A program made the translations under genes and the position numbers. The notes under the pieces were generated by a model. That model made no database searches. It was not told where the DNA came from and saw nothing but the letters and a program-made list of their open reading frames with translations. 64,000 bases of DNA from Eledone cirrhosa. Taxonomy: Eukaryota. Numbering within the stretch: the first letter of the stretch is position 1; each line of letters starts with the position of its first letter. Location of the stretch: the NCBI GenBank assembly GCA_964016885.1, contig OZ024740.1, forward strand, positions 14,694,001-14,758,000, in the 5' to 3' direction. Shown here piece after piece: positions 1 to 13,180 of the stretch.

Positions 1-3000
1 TGTTGTTACTGTTGTTGTTACTGTTGTTGTTACTGTTGTGGTTTCTGTTGTTGTTACTGTTGTTGTTACTGTTGTTGTTACTGTTGTTGTTACTGTTGTT
101 GTTACTGTTGTTCTTACTGTTGTTGTTACTGTTGTTGTTACTGCTGTTGTTACTATTGTTGTTACTGTTGTGGTTTCTGTCGTTGTTACTGTTGTTGTTA
201 CTGTTGTTTTTACTGTTGTTGTTACTGTTGTTGTTACTGTTGTTGTTACTGCTGATGTTACTGCTGTTGTTACTGTTGTTGTTACTGTTGTTGTTACTGC
301 TGTTGTTACTGCTGTTGTTACTGTTGTTGTTACTGTTGTGTTACTGTTGTTGTTACTGCTGTTGTTACTGTTGTTGTTACTGCTGTTGTTACTGCTGTTG
401 TTACTGTTGTTGTTACTGTTGTTGTTACTGCTGTTGTTACTGCTGTTGTTACTGTTGTTGTTACTGTTGTTGTTACTGCTGTTGTTACTGCTGTTGTTAC
501 TGTTGTTGTTACTGTTGTTCTTACTGTTGTTGTTACTGTTGTTGTTACTGTTGTTACTGTTGTTGTTACTGTTGTTGTTACTGCTGTTGTTACTGTTGTT
601 GTTACTGCTGTTGTTACTGCTGTTGTTACTGTTGTTGTTACTGTTGTTGTTACTGTTGTGGTTTCTGTTGTTGTTACTGTTGTTGTTACTGTTGTTGTTA
701 CTGTTGTTGTTACTGTTGTTGTTACTGTTGTTCTAACTGTTGTTGTTACTGTTGTTGTTACTGTTGTTACTGTTGTTGTTACTGTTGTTGTTACTGCTGT
801 TGTTACTGTTGTTGTTACTGCTGTTGTTACTGCTGTTGTTACTGTTGTTGTTACTGTTGTTGTTACTGTTTTGGTTTCTGTTGTTGTTACTGTTGTTGTT
901 ACTGTTGTTGTTACTGTTGTTGTTACTGTTGTTGTTACTGTTGTCCTTACTGTTGTTGTTACTGTTGTTGTTACTGCTGTTGTTACTGTTGTTGTTACTG
1001 TTGTTGTTACTGTTGTGGTTTCTGTTGTTGTTACTGTTGTTGTTACTGTTGTTGTTACTGTTGTTGTTACTGTTGTTGTTACTGTTGTTGTTAATGCTGT
1101 TGTTACTGTTGTTGTTACTGTTGTTGTTACTGCTGTTGTTACTGTTGTTGTTACTGTTGTTGTTACTGCTGTTGTTACTGCTGTTGTTACTGTTGTTGTT
1201 ACTGTTGTTGTTACTGCTGTTGTTACTGCTGTTGTTACTGTTGTTGTTACTGTTGTTGTTACTGTTGTTGTTACTGCTGTTTTTACTGTTGTTGTTACTG
1301 TTGTTGTTACTGCTGTTGTTACTGTTGTTGTTACTGTTGTTGTTACTGTTGTTGTTACTGCTGTTACTGTTGTTGTTACTCTTGTTACTACTGTTGTTGT
1401 TACTGTTTTGGTTTCTGTTGTTGTTACTGTTGTTGTTACTGTTGTTGTTACTGTTGTTGTTACTGTTGTCCTTACTGTTGTTGTTACTGTTGTTGTTACT
1501 GCTGTTGTTACTGTTGTTGTTACTGTTGTTGTTACTGTTGTTGTTACTGTTGTTGTTACTGCTGTTTTTACTGTTGTTGTTACTGTTGTTGTTACTGCTG
1601 TTGTTACTGCTGTTGTTACTGTTGTTGTTACTGTTGTTGTTACTGCTGTTGTTACTGCTGTTGTTACTGTTGTTGTTACTGTTGTTGTTACTGTTGTTGT
1701 TACTGCTGTTGTTACTGTTGTTGTTACTGTTGTTGTTACTGCTGTTGTTACTGCTGTTTTTACTGTTGTTGTTACTGTTGTTGTTACTGTTGTTGTTGCT
1801 GTTGTTGTTACTGTTGTTGTTACTGTTGTTGTTACTGTTGTTGTTACTGTTGTTGTTACTGTTGTTACTGCTGTTGTTACTGTTGTTGTTACTGTTGTTG
1901 TTACTGTTGTTGTTACTGTTGTTGTTGCTGTTGTTGTTACTGTTGTTGTTACTGTTGTTGTTACTGTTGTTGTTACTGTTGTTGTTACTGCTGTTGTTAC
2001 TGTTGTTGTTACTGTTGTTGTTACTGTTGTTGTTACTGTTGTTACTGTTGTTGTTACTGTTGTTGTTACTGCTGTTGTTACTGTTGTTGTTACTGCTGTT
2101 GTTACTGCTGTTGTTACTGTTGTTGTTACTGTTGTTGTTACTGCTGTTGTTACTGTTGTTGTTACTGTTGTTGTTACTGTTGTTGTTACTGTTGTTGTTA
2201 CTGCTGTTGTTACTGCTGTTGTTACTGTTGTTGTTACTGTTGTTGTTACTGCTGTTGTTACTGTTGTTGTTACTGTTGTTGTTACTGCTGTTGTTACTGT
2301 TGTTGTTACTGCTGTTGTTACTGTTGTTGTTACTGTTGTTGTTACTGTTGTTACTGTTGTTGTTACTGTTGTTGTTACTGCTGTTGTTACTCTTGTTGTT
2401 ACTGCTGTTGTTACTGCTGTTGTTACTGTTGTTGTTACTGTTGTTGTTACTGTTGTTACTGTTGTTGTTACTGTTGTTGTTACTGCTATGGTTACTCTTG
2501 TTGTTACTGCTGTTGTTACTGCTGTTATTACTGTTGTTGTTACTGTTGTTGTTACTGTTGTTGTTACTGTTGTTGTTACTGTTGTTGTTACTGTTGTTGT
2601 TACTGTTGTTGTTACTGCTGTTGTTACTGTTGTTGTTACTGTTGTTGTTACTGTTGTGGTTTCTGTTGTTGTTACTGTTGTTGTTACTGTTGTTGTTACT
2701 GTTGTTGTTACTGTTGTTGTTACTGTTGTTGTTACTGCTGTTGTTACTGCTGTTGTTACTGTTGTTGTTACTGTTGTTGTTACTGCTGTTGTTACTGCTG
2801 TTGTTACTGTTGTTGTTACTGTTGTTGTTACTGTTGTTGTTACTGCTGTTGTTACTGTTGTTGTTACTGTTGTTGTTACTGCTGTTGTTACTGTTGTTGT
2901 TACTGTTGTTGTTACTGCTGTTGTTACTGCTGTTGTTACTGTTGTTGTTACTGTTGTTGTTACTGCTGTTGTTACTGCTGTTGTTACTGTTGTTGTTACT

Positions 3001-6000
3001 GTTGTTGTTACTGTTGTTGTTACTGCTGTTGTTACTGTTGTTGTTACTGTTGTTGTTACTGCTGTTGTTACAGTTGTTGTTACTGTTGTTGTTACTGTTG
3101 TTGTTACTGCTGTTACTGTTGTTGTTACTGTTGTTGTTACTGCTGTTGTTACTGTTGTTGTTACTGCTGTTACTGTTGTTGTTACTGTTGTTGTTACTGC
3201 TGTTGTTACTGTTGTTGTTACTGTTGTTGTTACTGTTGTGGTTTCTGTTGTTGTTACTGTTGTTGTTACTGTTGTTGTTACTGTTGTTGTTACTGTTGTT
3301 GTTACTGTTGTTGTTACTGTTGTTGTTACTGCTGTTGTTACTGTTGTTGTTACTGCTGTTGTTACTGTTGTGGTTTCTGTTGTTGTTATTGTTGTTGTTA
3401 CTGTTGTTGTTACTGTTGTTGTTACTGTTGTTGTTACTGCTGTTGTTACTGTTGTTGTTACTGCTGTTGTTACTGCTGTTGTTACTGTTGTTGTTACTGT
3501 TGTTGTTACTGTTGTTGTTACTGCTGTTGTTACTGTTGTTGTTACTGTTGTTGTTACTGTTGTTGTTACTGTTGTTGTTACTGTTGTTGTTACTGCTGTT
3601 GTTACTGTTGTTGTTACTGTTGTTGTTACTGTTGTTGTTACTGTTGTTGTTGCTGTTGTTGTTACTGTTGTTGTTACTGTTGTTGTTACTGTTTTTGTTA
3701 CTGCTGTTGTTACTGCTGTTGTTACTGTTGTTGTTACTGTTGTTGTTACTGCTGTTGTTACTGCTGTTGTTACTGTTGTTGTTACTGTTGTTGTTACTGT
3801 TGTTGTTACTGCTGTTGTTACTGTTGTTGTTACTGTTGTTGTTACTGCTGTTGTTACTGTTGTTGTTACTGTTGTTGTTACTGATGTTGTTACTGCTGTT
3901 GTTACTGTTGTTGTTACTGTTGTTGTTACTGTTGTTGTTACTGCTGTTGTTACTGTTGTTGTTACTGTTGTTGTTACTGTTGTTGTTACTGTTGTTGTTA
4001 CTGTTGTTGTTACTGCTGTTGTTACTGTTGTTGTTACTGTTGTTGTTACTGCTGTTGTTACTGTTGTTGTTACTGTTTTTGTTACTGCTGTTGTTACTGC
4101 TGTTGTTACTGTTGTTGTTACTGTTGTTGTTACTGTTGTTGTTACTGTTGTTACTGTTGTTGTTACTGTTGTTGTTACTGCTGTTGTTACTGTTGTTGTT
4201 ACTGTTGTTGTTACTGCTGTTGTTACTGTTGTTGTTACTGTTGTTGTTACTGTTGTTGTTACTGTTGTTACTGTTGTTGTTACTGTTGTTGTTACTGTTG
4301 TTGTTACTGTTGTTACTGTTGTTGTTACTGTTGTTGTTATTGCTGTTGTTACTGTTGTTACTGTTGTTACTGTTGTTGTTACTGTTGTTGTTACTGTTGT
4401 TGTTACTTTTGTTGTTACTGTTGTTGTTGTTACTGTTGTTGTCACTGTTGTTGTTACTGCTGTTGTTACTGTTGTTTTTACTGTTGTTGTTACTGTTGTT
4501 GTTACTGTTGTTGTTGCTGCTGTTGTTACTGTTGTTGTTACTGTTGTTATTACTGTTGTTGTTACTGTTGTTGTTACTGCTGTTGTTACTGTTGTTACTG
4601 TTGTTGTTACTGCTGTTGTTACTGTTGTTGTTACTGTTGTTGTTACTGTTATTGTTACTGTTGTTGTTACTGTTGTTGTTACTGTTGTTGTTACATGTTG
4701 TTGTTACTGTTATTGTTACTGCTGTTGTTACTGTTGTTGTTACTGCTGTTGTTACTGCTGTTGTTACTGTTGTTGTTACTGTTGTTGTTACTGTTGTTGT
4801 TACTGTTGTTACTGTTGTTGTTACTGTTGTTGTTACTGTTGTTGTTACTGTTGTTGTTACTGCTGTTACTGTTGTTGTTACTACTGTTGTTACTGTTATT
4901 GTTACTGCTGTTGTTACTGTTGTTGTTGCTGTTGTTACTGTTGTTGTTGTTACTGTTGTTGTTGTTACTGTTGTTGTTACTGTTGTTGTTGTTACTGTTG
5001 TTGTTACTGCTGTTGTTACTGTTGTTGTTACTGTTGTTATTACTGCTGTTGTCACCGTTGTTACTGTTGTTGTTACTGTTGTTGTTACTGTTGTTGTTAC
5101 TGCTGTTGTTACTGTTGTTACTGTTGTTGTTACTGTTGTTGTTACTGTTGTTGTTACTGCTGTTACTGTTTTTGTTACTGTTGTTGTTACTGCTGTTGTT
5201 ACTGTTGTTGTCACTGCTGTTACTGTTGTTGTTACTGTTGTTGTTACTGTTGTTGTTACTGCTGTTGTTACTGTTGTTACTGTTGTTGTTACTGTTGTTG
5301 TTACTGTTGTTGTTACTGCTGTTACTGTTGTTGTTACTGTTGTTGTTACTGTTGTTGTTACTGCTGTTGTTACTGTTGTTGTTACTGCTGTTGTTACTGT
5401 TGTTGTTACTGTTGTTGTTACTGTTGTTACTGTTGTTGTTACTGTTGTTGTTACTGTTGTTGTTACTGTTGTTGTTACTGTTGTTGTTACTGTTGTTGTT
5501 ACTGTTGTTGTTACTGTTGTTACTGTTGTTGTTACTGCTGTTGTTACTGTTGTTACTGCTGTTGTTACTGTTGTCGTTACTGTTGTTGTTACTGTTGTGG
5601 TTACTGTTGTTGTTACTGCTGTTGTTACTGTTGTTACTGTTGTTGTTACTGTTGTTGTTACTGTTGTTGTTACTGTTGTTGTTACTGTTGTTACTGTTGT
5701 TGTTACTGTTGTTGTTACTGCTGTTGTTACTGTTGTTGTTACTGCTGTTGTTACTGCTGTTGTTACTGTTGTTGTTACTGTTGTTGTTACTGTTGTTGTT
5801 ACTGTTGTTGTTAATGTTGTTGTTACTGTTGTTGTTACTGTTGTTGTTACTGTTGTTCTTACTGTTGTTGTTACTGTTGTTGTTACTGCTGTTGTTACTT
5901 TTGCTGTTACTGTTGTTGTTACTGTTGTGGTTTCTGTTGTCGTTACTGTTGTTGTTACTGTTGTTGTTACTGTTGTTGTTACTGTTGTTGTTACTGTTGT

Positions 6001-9000
6001 TGTTACTGCTGTTGTTACTGCTGTTGTTACTGTTGTTGTTACTGTTGTTGTTACTGCTGTTGTTACTGCTGTTGTTACTGTTGTTGTTACTGTTGTTGTT
6101 ACTGTTGTTGTTAGTGCTGTTGTTACTGTTGTTGTTACTGTTGTTGTTACTGCTGTTGTTACTGTTGTTGTTACTGTTGTTGTTACTGCTGTTGTTACTG
6201 CTGTTGTTACTGTTGTTGTTACTGCTGTTGTTACTGTTGTTGTTACTGTTGTTGTTACTGCTGTTGTTACTGTTGTTGTTACTGTTTTTGTTACTGCTGT
6301 TGTTACTGCTGTTGTTACTGTTGTTGTTACTGTTGTTGTTACTGTTGTTGTTACTGTTGTTACTGTTGTTGTTACTGTTGTTGTTACTGCTGTTGTTACT
6401 GTTGTTGTTACTGTTGTTGTTACTGCTGTTGTTACTGTTGTTGTTACTGTTGTTGTTACTGTTGTTGTTACTGTTGTTACTGTTGTTGTTACTGTTGTTG
6501 TTACTGTTGTTGTTACTGTTGTTGTTACTGTTGTTACTGTTGTTGTTACTGTTGTGTTATTGCTGTTGTTACTGTTGTTACTGTTGTTGTTACTGTTGTT
6601 GTTACTGTTGTTGTTACTGTTGTTGTTACTGTTGTTGTCACTGTTGTTGTTACTGCTGTTGTTACTGTTGTTTTTACTGTTGTTGTTACTGTTGTTGTTA
6701 CTGTTGTTGTTACTGTTGTTGTTACTGCTGTTGTTACTGTTGTTGTTACTGTTGTTGTTACTGTTGTTGTTACTGTTGTTGTTACTGCTGTTGTTACTGT
6801 TGTTACTGTTGTTGTTACTGCTGTTGTTACTGTTGTTGTTACTGTTGTTGTTACTGTTGTTGTTACTGTTGTTGTTACTGCTGTTACTGTTGTTGTTACT
6901 GCTGTTGTTACTGTTGTTGTTACTGTTATTGTTACTGCTGTTGCTACTGTTGTTGTTACTGCTGTTGTTACTGTTGTTGTTACTGTTGTTGTTACTGTTG
7001 TTGTTACTGTTGTTACTGTTGTTGTTACTGTTGTTGTTACTGTTGTTGTTACTGCGGTTACTGTTGTTGTTACTGTTGTTGTTACTACTGTTGTTACTGT
7101 TATTGTTACTGCTGTTGTTACTGTTGTTGTTGCTGTTACTGTTGTTGTTGTTGTTGTTACTGTTGTTGTTGTTGTTACTGTTGTTGTTGTTGTTACTGTT
7201 GTTGTTACTGTTGTTGTTGTTACTGTTGTTGTTACTGCTGTTGTTACTGTTGTTGTTACTGTTGTTATTACTGCTGTTGTTACCGTTGTTACTGTTGTTG
7301 TTACTGTTGTTGTTACTGTTGTTGTTACTGCTGTTGTTACTGTTGTTACTGTTGTTGTTACTGTTGTTGTTACTGTTGTTGTTACTGTTGTTGTTACTGC
7401 TGTTACTGTTGTTGTTACTGTTGTTGTTACTGCTGTTGTTACTGTTGTTGTTACTGCTGTTACTGTTGTTGTTACTGTTGTTGTTACTGTTGTTGTTACT
7501 GCTGTTGTTACTGTTGTTACTGTTGTTGTTACTGTTGTTGTTACTGTTGTTGTTACTGTTGTTGTTACTGTTGTTGTTACTGCTGTTACTGTTGTTGTTA
7601 CTGTTGTTGTTACTGTTGTTGTTACTGCTGTTGTTACTGTTGTTGTTACTGCTGTTGTTACTGTTGTTGTTACTGTTGTTGTTACTGTTGTTGTTACTGT
7701 TGTTGTTACTGTTGTTACTGTTGTTGTTACTGTTGTTGTTACTGTTGTTACTGTTGTTGTTACTGTTGTTGTTACTGTTGTTGTTACTGTTGTTGTTACT
7801 GCTGTTGTTACTGTTGTTACTGTTGTTGTTACTGTTGTTGTTACTGTTGTTGTTACTGTTGTTGTTACTGTTGTTGTTACTGTTGTTGTTACTGCTGTTA
7901 CTGTTGTTGTTACTGTTGTTGTTACTGTTGTTGTTACTATTGTTGTTACTGTTGTTGTTACTGCTGTTGTTACTGTTGTTGTTACTGCTGTTGTTACTGT
8001 TGTTGTTACTGCTGTTGTTACTGTTGTTACTGTTATTGTTACTGTTGTTGTTACTGCTGTTGTTACTGTTGTTGTTACTGTTGTTGTTACTGTTGTTGTT
8101 ACTGTTGTTGTCACTGTTGTTGTTACTGCTGTTGTTACTGTTGTTTTTACTGTTGTTGTTACTGTTGTTGTTACTGTTGTTGTTACTGCTGTTGTTACTG
8201 TTGTTGTTACTGTTGTTGTTACTGTTGTTGTTACTGTTGTTGTTACTGCTGTTGTTACTGTTGTTACTGTTGTTGTTACTGCTGTTGTTACTGTTGTTGT
8301 TACTGTTGTTGTTACTGTTGTTGTTACTGTTGTTGTTACTGCTGTTACTGTTGTTGTTACTGCTGTTGTTACTGTTGTTGTTACTGTTATTGTTACTGCT
8401 GTTGTTACTGTTGTTGTTACTGCTGTTGTTACTGTTGTTGTTACTGTTGTTGTTACTGTTGTTGTTACTGTTGTTACTGTTGTTGTTACTGTTGTTGTTA
8501 CTGCGGTTACTGTTGTTGTTACTGTTGTTGTTACTACTGTTGTTACTGTTATTGTTACTGCTGTTGTTACTGTTGTTGTTGCTGTTACTGTTGTTGTTGT
8601 TGTTGTTACTGTTGTTGTTGTTGTTACTGTTGTTGTTGTTGTTACTGTTGTTGTTACTGTTGTTGTTGTTACTGTTGTTGTTACTGCTGTTGTTACTGTT
8701 GTTGTTACTGTTGTTATTACTGCTGTTGTTACCGTTGTTACTGTTGTTGTTACTGTTGTTGTTACTGTTGTTGTTACTGCTGTTGTTACTGTTGTTACTG
8801 TTGTTGTTACTGTTGTTGTTACTGTTGTTGTTACTGTTGTTGTTACTGCTGTTACTGTTGTTGTTACTGTTGTTGTTACTGCTGTTGTTACTGTTGTTGT
8901 TACTGCTGTTACTGTTGTTGTTACTGTTGTTGTTACTGTTGTTGTTACTGCTGTTGTTACTGTTGTTACTGTTGTTGTTACTGTTGTTGTTACTGTTGTT

Positions 9001-12000
9001 GTTACTGTTGTTGTTACTGTTGTTGTTACTGCTGTTACTGTTGTTGTTACTGTTGTTGTTACTGTTGTTGTTACTGCTGTTGTTACTGTTGTTGTTACTG
9101 CTGTTGTTACTGTTGTTACTGTTGTTGTTACTGTTGTTGTTACTGTTGTTGTTACTGTTGTTGTTACTGCTGTTGTTACTGTTGTTACTGTTGTTGTTAC
9201 TGTTGTTGTTACTGTTGTTGTTACTGTTGTTGTTACTGTTGTTGTTACTGTTGTTGTTACTGTTGTTGTTACTGCTGTTACTGTTGTTGTTACTGTTGTT
9301 GTTACTGTTGTTGTTACTATTGTTGTTACTGTTGTTGTTACTGCTGTTGTTACTGTTGTTGTTACTGCTGTTGTTACTGTTGTTGTTACTGCTGTTGTTA
9401 CTGTTGTTACTGTTATTGTTACTGTTGTTGTTACTGCTGTTGTTACTGTTGTTGTTACTGTTGTTGTTACTGCTGTTGTTACTGCTGTTGTTACTGCTGT
9501 TGTTACTGTTGTTGTTACTGTTGTTGTTACTGCTGATACTGTTGTTGTTACTGTTGTTGTTACTGCTGTTGTTACTGCTGTTGTTACTGCTATTGTTACT
9601 GCTGTTACTGTTGTTGTTACTGTTGTTGTTACTGTTGTTGTTACTGTTGTTGTTACTGTTGTTGTTACTGCTGTTGTTACTGTTGTTACTGTTGTTGTTA
9701 CTGTTGTTGTTACTGTTGTTGTTACTGCTGTTACTGTTTTTGTTACTGTTGTTGTTACTGCTGTTGTTACTGCTGTTGTTACTGCTGTTACTGTTGTTGC
9801 TACTGTTGTTGTTACTGCTGTTGTTACTGTTGTTGTTACTGTAGTTGTTAGTGTTGTTGTTACTGTTGTTCTTACTGTTGTTGTTACTGCTGTTGTTACT
9901 GTTGTTGTTACTGTTATTGTTACTGTTGTTACTGTTGTTGTTACTGTTGTTGTTACTGCTGTTACTGTTGTTGTTACTGTTGTTGTTACTGTTGTTGTTA
10001 CTGCTGTTTTTACTGCTGTTGTTACTGCTGTTACTGTTGTTGCTACTGTTGTCGTTACTGGTGTTGTTACTGTTGTTGTTACTGTTGATGTTACTGTTGT
10101 TGTTACTGTTGTTTTTACTGTTGTTTTTACTGTTGTTGTTACTGTTGTTGTTACTGCTGTTGTTACTGTTGTTGTTACTGTTGTTGTTACAGCTGTTACT
10201 GTTGTTGTTACTGTTGTTGTTACTGTTGTTGTTACTGTTGTTGTTACTGCTGTTACTGTTGTTGTTACTGTTGTTGTTACTGTTGTTGTTACTGTTGTTG
10301 TGACTGCTGTTGTTACTGTTGTTACTGTTGTTGTTACTGTTGTTGTTACTGTTGTTGTTACTGTTGTTGTTACTGTTGTTGTTACTGTTATTGTTACTGC
10401 TGTTACTGTTGTTGTTACTGTTGTTGTTACTGTTGTTGTTACTGTTGTTGTTACTACTGTTACTGTTGTTGTTACTGTTGTTGTTACTGTTGTTGTTACT
10501 GTTGTTGTTACGGCTGTTGTTACTGTTGTTGTTGCTGCTGTTGTTACTGTTGTTGTTACTGCTGTGTTACTTTTGTTACTGTTGTTGTTACTGTTGTTGT
10601 TACTGCTGTTGTTACTGTTGTTGTTACTGTTGTTGTTACTGCTGTTGTTACTGCTGTTGTTATTGCTGTTGTTACTGTTGTTGTTACTGTTGTTTTTACT
10701 GCTGTTACTGTTGTTGTTACTGTTGTTGTTACTGCTGTTGTTACTGCTGTTGTTACTGTTGTTGTTACTGCTGTTACTGTTGTTGTTACTGTTGTTGTTA
10801 CTGTTGTTGTTACTGTTGTTGTTACTGCTGTTACTGTTGTTGTTACTGTTGTTGTTACTGTTGTGGTTACTGTTGTTGTTACTGTTGTTGTTACTGTCGT
10901 TGTTACTGCTGTTGTTACTGTTGTTGTTACTGTTGTTGTTACTGCTGTTGTTACTGCTGTTGTTACTGCTGTTCCTGTTGTTGCTACTGTTGTTGTTACT
11001 GTTGTTGTTACTGTTGTTGTTACTGTTGTTGTTACTGTTGTTGTTACTGTTGTTGTCACTGCTGTTGTTACTGTTGTTGTTACTGTTATTGTTACTGTTG
11101 TTGTTACTGCTGTTGTTACTGTTGTTGTTACTGTTGTTGTTACTGCTGTTGTTACTGTTGTTACTGTTGTTGTTACCGTTGTTGTTACTGTTGTTGTTAC
11201 TGCTGTTACTGTTGTTGTTACTCTTGTTGTTACTGCTGTTACTGTTGTTGTTACTGTTGTTGTTACTGATGTTGTTACTGCTGTTGTTACTGTTGTTGTT
11301 ACTGTTGTTGTTACTGTTGTTGTTACTGTTGTTGTTACTGTTGTTGTTACTGTTGTTGTTACTGCTGTTACTGTTGTTGTTACTGTTGTTGTTACTGTTG
11401 TTGTTACTGCTGTTGTTACTGTTGTTGTTACTGTTGTTGTTACTGTTGTTACTGTTGTTGTTACTGTTGTTGTTACTGTTGTTGTTACTGTTGTTGTTAC
11501 TGTTGTTACTGTTGTTGTTACTGTTGTTGTTACTGTTGTTACTGTTGTTGTTACTGCTGTTGTTACTGTTGTTGTTACTGTTGTTGTTACTGTTGTTGTT
11601 ACTGTTGTTGTTATTGCTGTTGTTACTGTTGTTGTTACTGTTGTTGTTACTGTTGTTGTTACTGTTGTTGTTACTGTTGTTGTTACTGTTGTTGTTACTG
11701 TTGTTACTGTTGTTGTTACTGCTGTTGTTACTGTTGTTACTGCTGTTGTTTCTGTTGTTGTTACTGTTGTTGTTACTGTTGTTGTTACTGCTGTTGTTAC
11801 TGTTGTTACTGTTGTCGTTACTGTTGTTGCTACTGTTGTTGTTACTGTTGTTGTTACTGTTGTTGTTACTGTTGTTGTTACTGTTGTTGTTACTGCTGTT
11901 ACTGTTGTTGTTACTGTTGTTGTTACTGTTGTTGTTACTATTGTTGTTGTTACTGCTGTTGTTACTGTTGTTGTTACTGCTGTTGTTACTGTTGTTGTTA

Positions 12001-12170
12001 CTGCTGTTGTTACTGTTGTTGTTACTGTTGTTGTTACTGCTGTTGTTACTGCTGTTGTTACTGTTGTTGTTACTGTTGTTGTTACTGTTGTTGTTACTGT
12101 TGTTGTTACTGTTGTTGTTACTGCTGTTGTTACTGCTGTTGTTACTGTTGTTGTTACTGTTGTTGTTACT
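1..12170. repeat. Giant 12-bp tandem array, consensus (GTTGTTGTTACT)n, with GCTGTTGTTACT and 9-bp GTTGTTACT variants; runs off the left edge
   Basis: Read directly; continuous for >12 kb (~1,000 units). Indels are almost always multiples of 3. Confidence 0.98.
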
Positions 12171-12335
12171 GATGTTGTTACTGATGTTGCTGCTACTGCT
12201 GCTGTTTCCGCTGCTGCTACTGATGCTGCTGTTACCACTGCTACTGCTACTACTACTGCTACTGCTACTGCTACTGCTACTGGTGCTGCTGTTGCTACTG
12301 GTGATACTGGTGCTACTGCTGATGATGTTAATAAT
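12171..12335. repeat. Degenerate transition zone, (GCTACT)n/(GCT)/(GAT)/(AAT) triplets, between the 12-bp array and the SINE 3' end
   Basis: gctactgctact...gatgatgttaataat runs directly into the SINE terminus ggtttctgattt at 12336. Confidence 0.85.
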
Positions 12336-12510
12336 GGTTTCTGATTTAGGCACAAAGCCAACAATCTTTTTAGGGGGGCAGGGGCAAGTCGATTAAATTG
12401 ACTCCAGTACATTACTGGTACTTTATTTTATCGACCCTCTAAGGACGAAAGGTAAAGTTAATCTCGGCGGGATTTGAACTCAGAACGTAAAGGACCGTAA
12501 CTCTATGCCG
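12336..12510 (-). mobile_element. tRNA-derived SINE copy, 5'-truncated
   Basis: Reverse complement has B box GAGTTCAAATCCC, central CCTTTCGTCC..GGGTCGATAAAATAAAGTACCAG and 3' end GGCTTTGTGCCTAAATCAGAAACC. Homologous to the other copies in the window. Confidence 0.9.
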
Positions 12511-12577
12511 CTGATGGTGTAAATAATGACACTGGTTGGGACATGCACACTGTGTTCGACTTTAGACTCGCACAGTG

Positions 12578-12700
12578 TACAGTGAACCCCCGGCAATTGC
12601 GGTTCTGACATTCGTGGTCCCACTTATTCGCGGAATTTTCCATAGAACCTAACTAATAATTGTTTGTGGAAACCACCACATATTCGCGGAATCGTAAATA
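12578..12700. mobile_element. Probable end fragment of a Tc1/mariner (pogo/Tigger-like) non-autonomous DNA transposon
   Basis: TA|CAGTGAACCCCCG followed by repeated subterminal ATTCGCGG-like motifs. No partner TIR found in the window. Confidence 0.4.
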
Positions 12701-12771
12701 TCTTCCACGCTTTTTCATGGCTTTTTTCGTGGCAATATATATATTTTTAACGCTAAATATTAATGACAATA

Positions 12772-12825
12772 TACTGTATTTGCCGGCCCATAGGACGCCC
12801 CTTTGCATAAGACGCTCCCCCCTTT
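12772..12825. mobile_element. Possible second pogo/Tigger-like TIR fragment
   Basis: TA|CTGTATTTGCCGGCCCATAGGACGC...ATAAGACGC resembles CCGTATTTT...TATAAGACGC-type MITE ends. Single end only. Confidence 0.35.
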
Positions 12826-12967
12826 TTTATTATATTCTATGCTATATTTTGACGTTTATAGGTATTTTTATTGACCACGTCAAATATGTTTGCGTGTATG
12901 TGTTAGGTAATTCCAAAAGAAAGGTATAGAACAGAGCTATTTAATTAGAAAGTGAACAATACAAAAT

Positions 12968-13049
12968 ATAACTACTCCATTACCAAAGGTTTCTGCATCA
13001 CAGACGATAATAATATACGTCTGGATCGTTCGTCAGACAGAGATGTTAT
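12968..13049 (-). ncRNA. Type I hammerhead ribozyme motif (Penelope-like element remnant)
   Basis: Minus strand: AUAAC-AU-CUCUGU CUGACGA [stem II AUC-CAGACG/CGUCUG-U-GAU] GAAA CC-UUU-GG UA| AUGGAG-UA-GUUAU. Core boxes, GUA triplet and stem I pairing are present, but the base of stem II is mismatched. Confidence 0.7.
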
Positions 13050-13056
13050 GGATAAA

Positions 13057-13058
<2 letters not shown>

Positions 13059-13132
<74 letters not shown>
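13059..13132. repeat. (AT)n microsatellite
   Basis: Read directly. Confidence 0.98.
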
Positions 13133-13135
<3 letters not shown>

Positions 13136-13180
13136 GAAAACGCCAGTAAGACAAAGACATATTTAGCTTTTTACTTAGAG

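Noticed and set aside
1-12170. Telomeric repeat
   Set aside because: The unit lacks the GGG-type telomere motif, is heterogeneous, and is continuous with a SINE tail.
3-12412. Very long ORFs (poly-L, V/T-rich mucin-like, N/S-rich, C/Y-rich) on both strands
   Set aside because: These follow automatically from a triplet-based repeat lacking stops in five frames. Frames switch at 1-bp indels, there is no unique domain, and the minus-strand starts lie inside a SINE.
12544-12581. Small hairpin TGCACACTGTG...CACAGTGTACA
   Set aside because: An 11-bp stem with one mismatch and no associated element or function identifiable.
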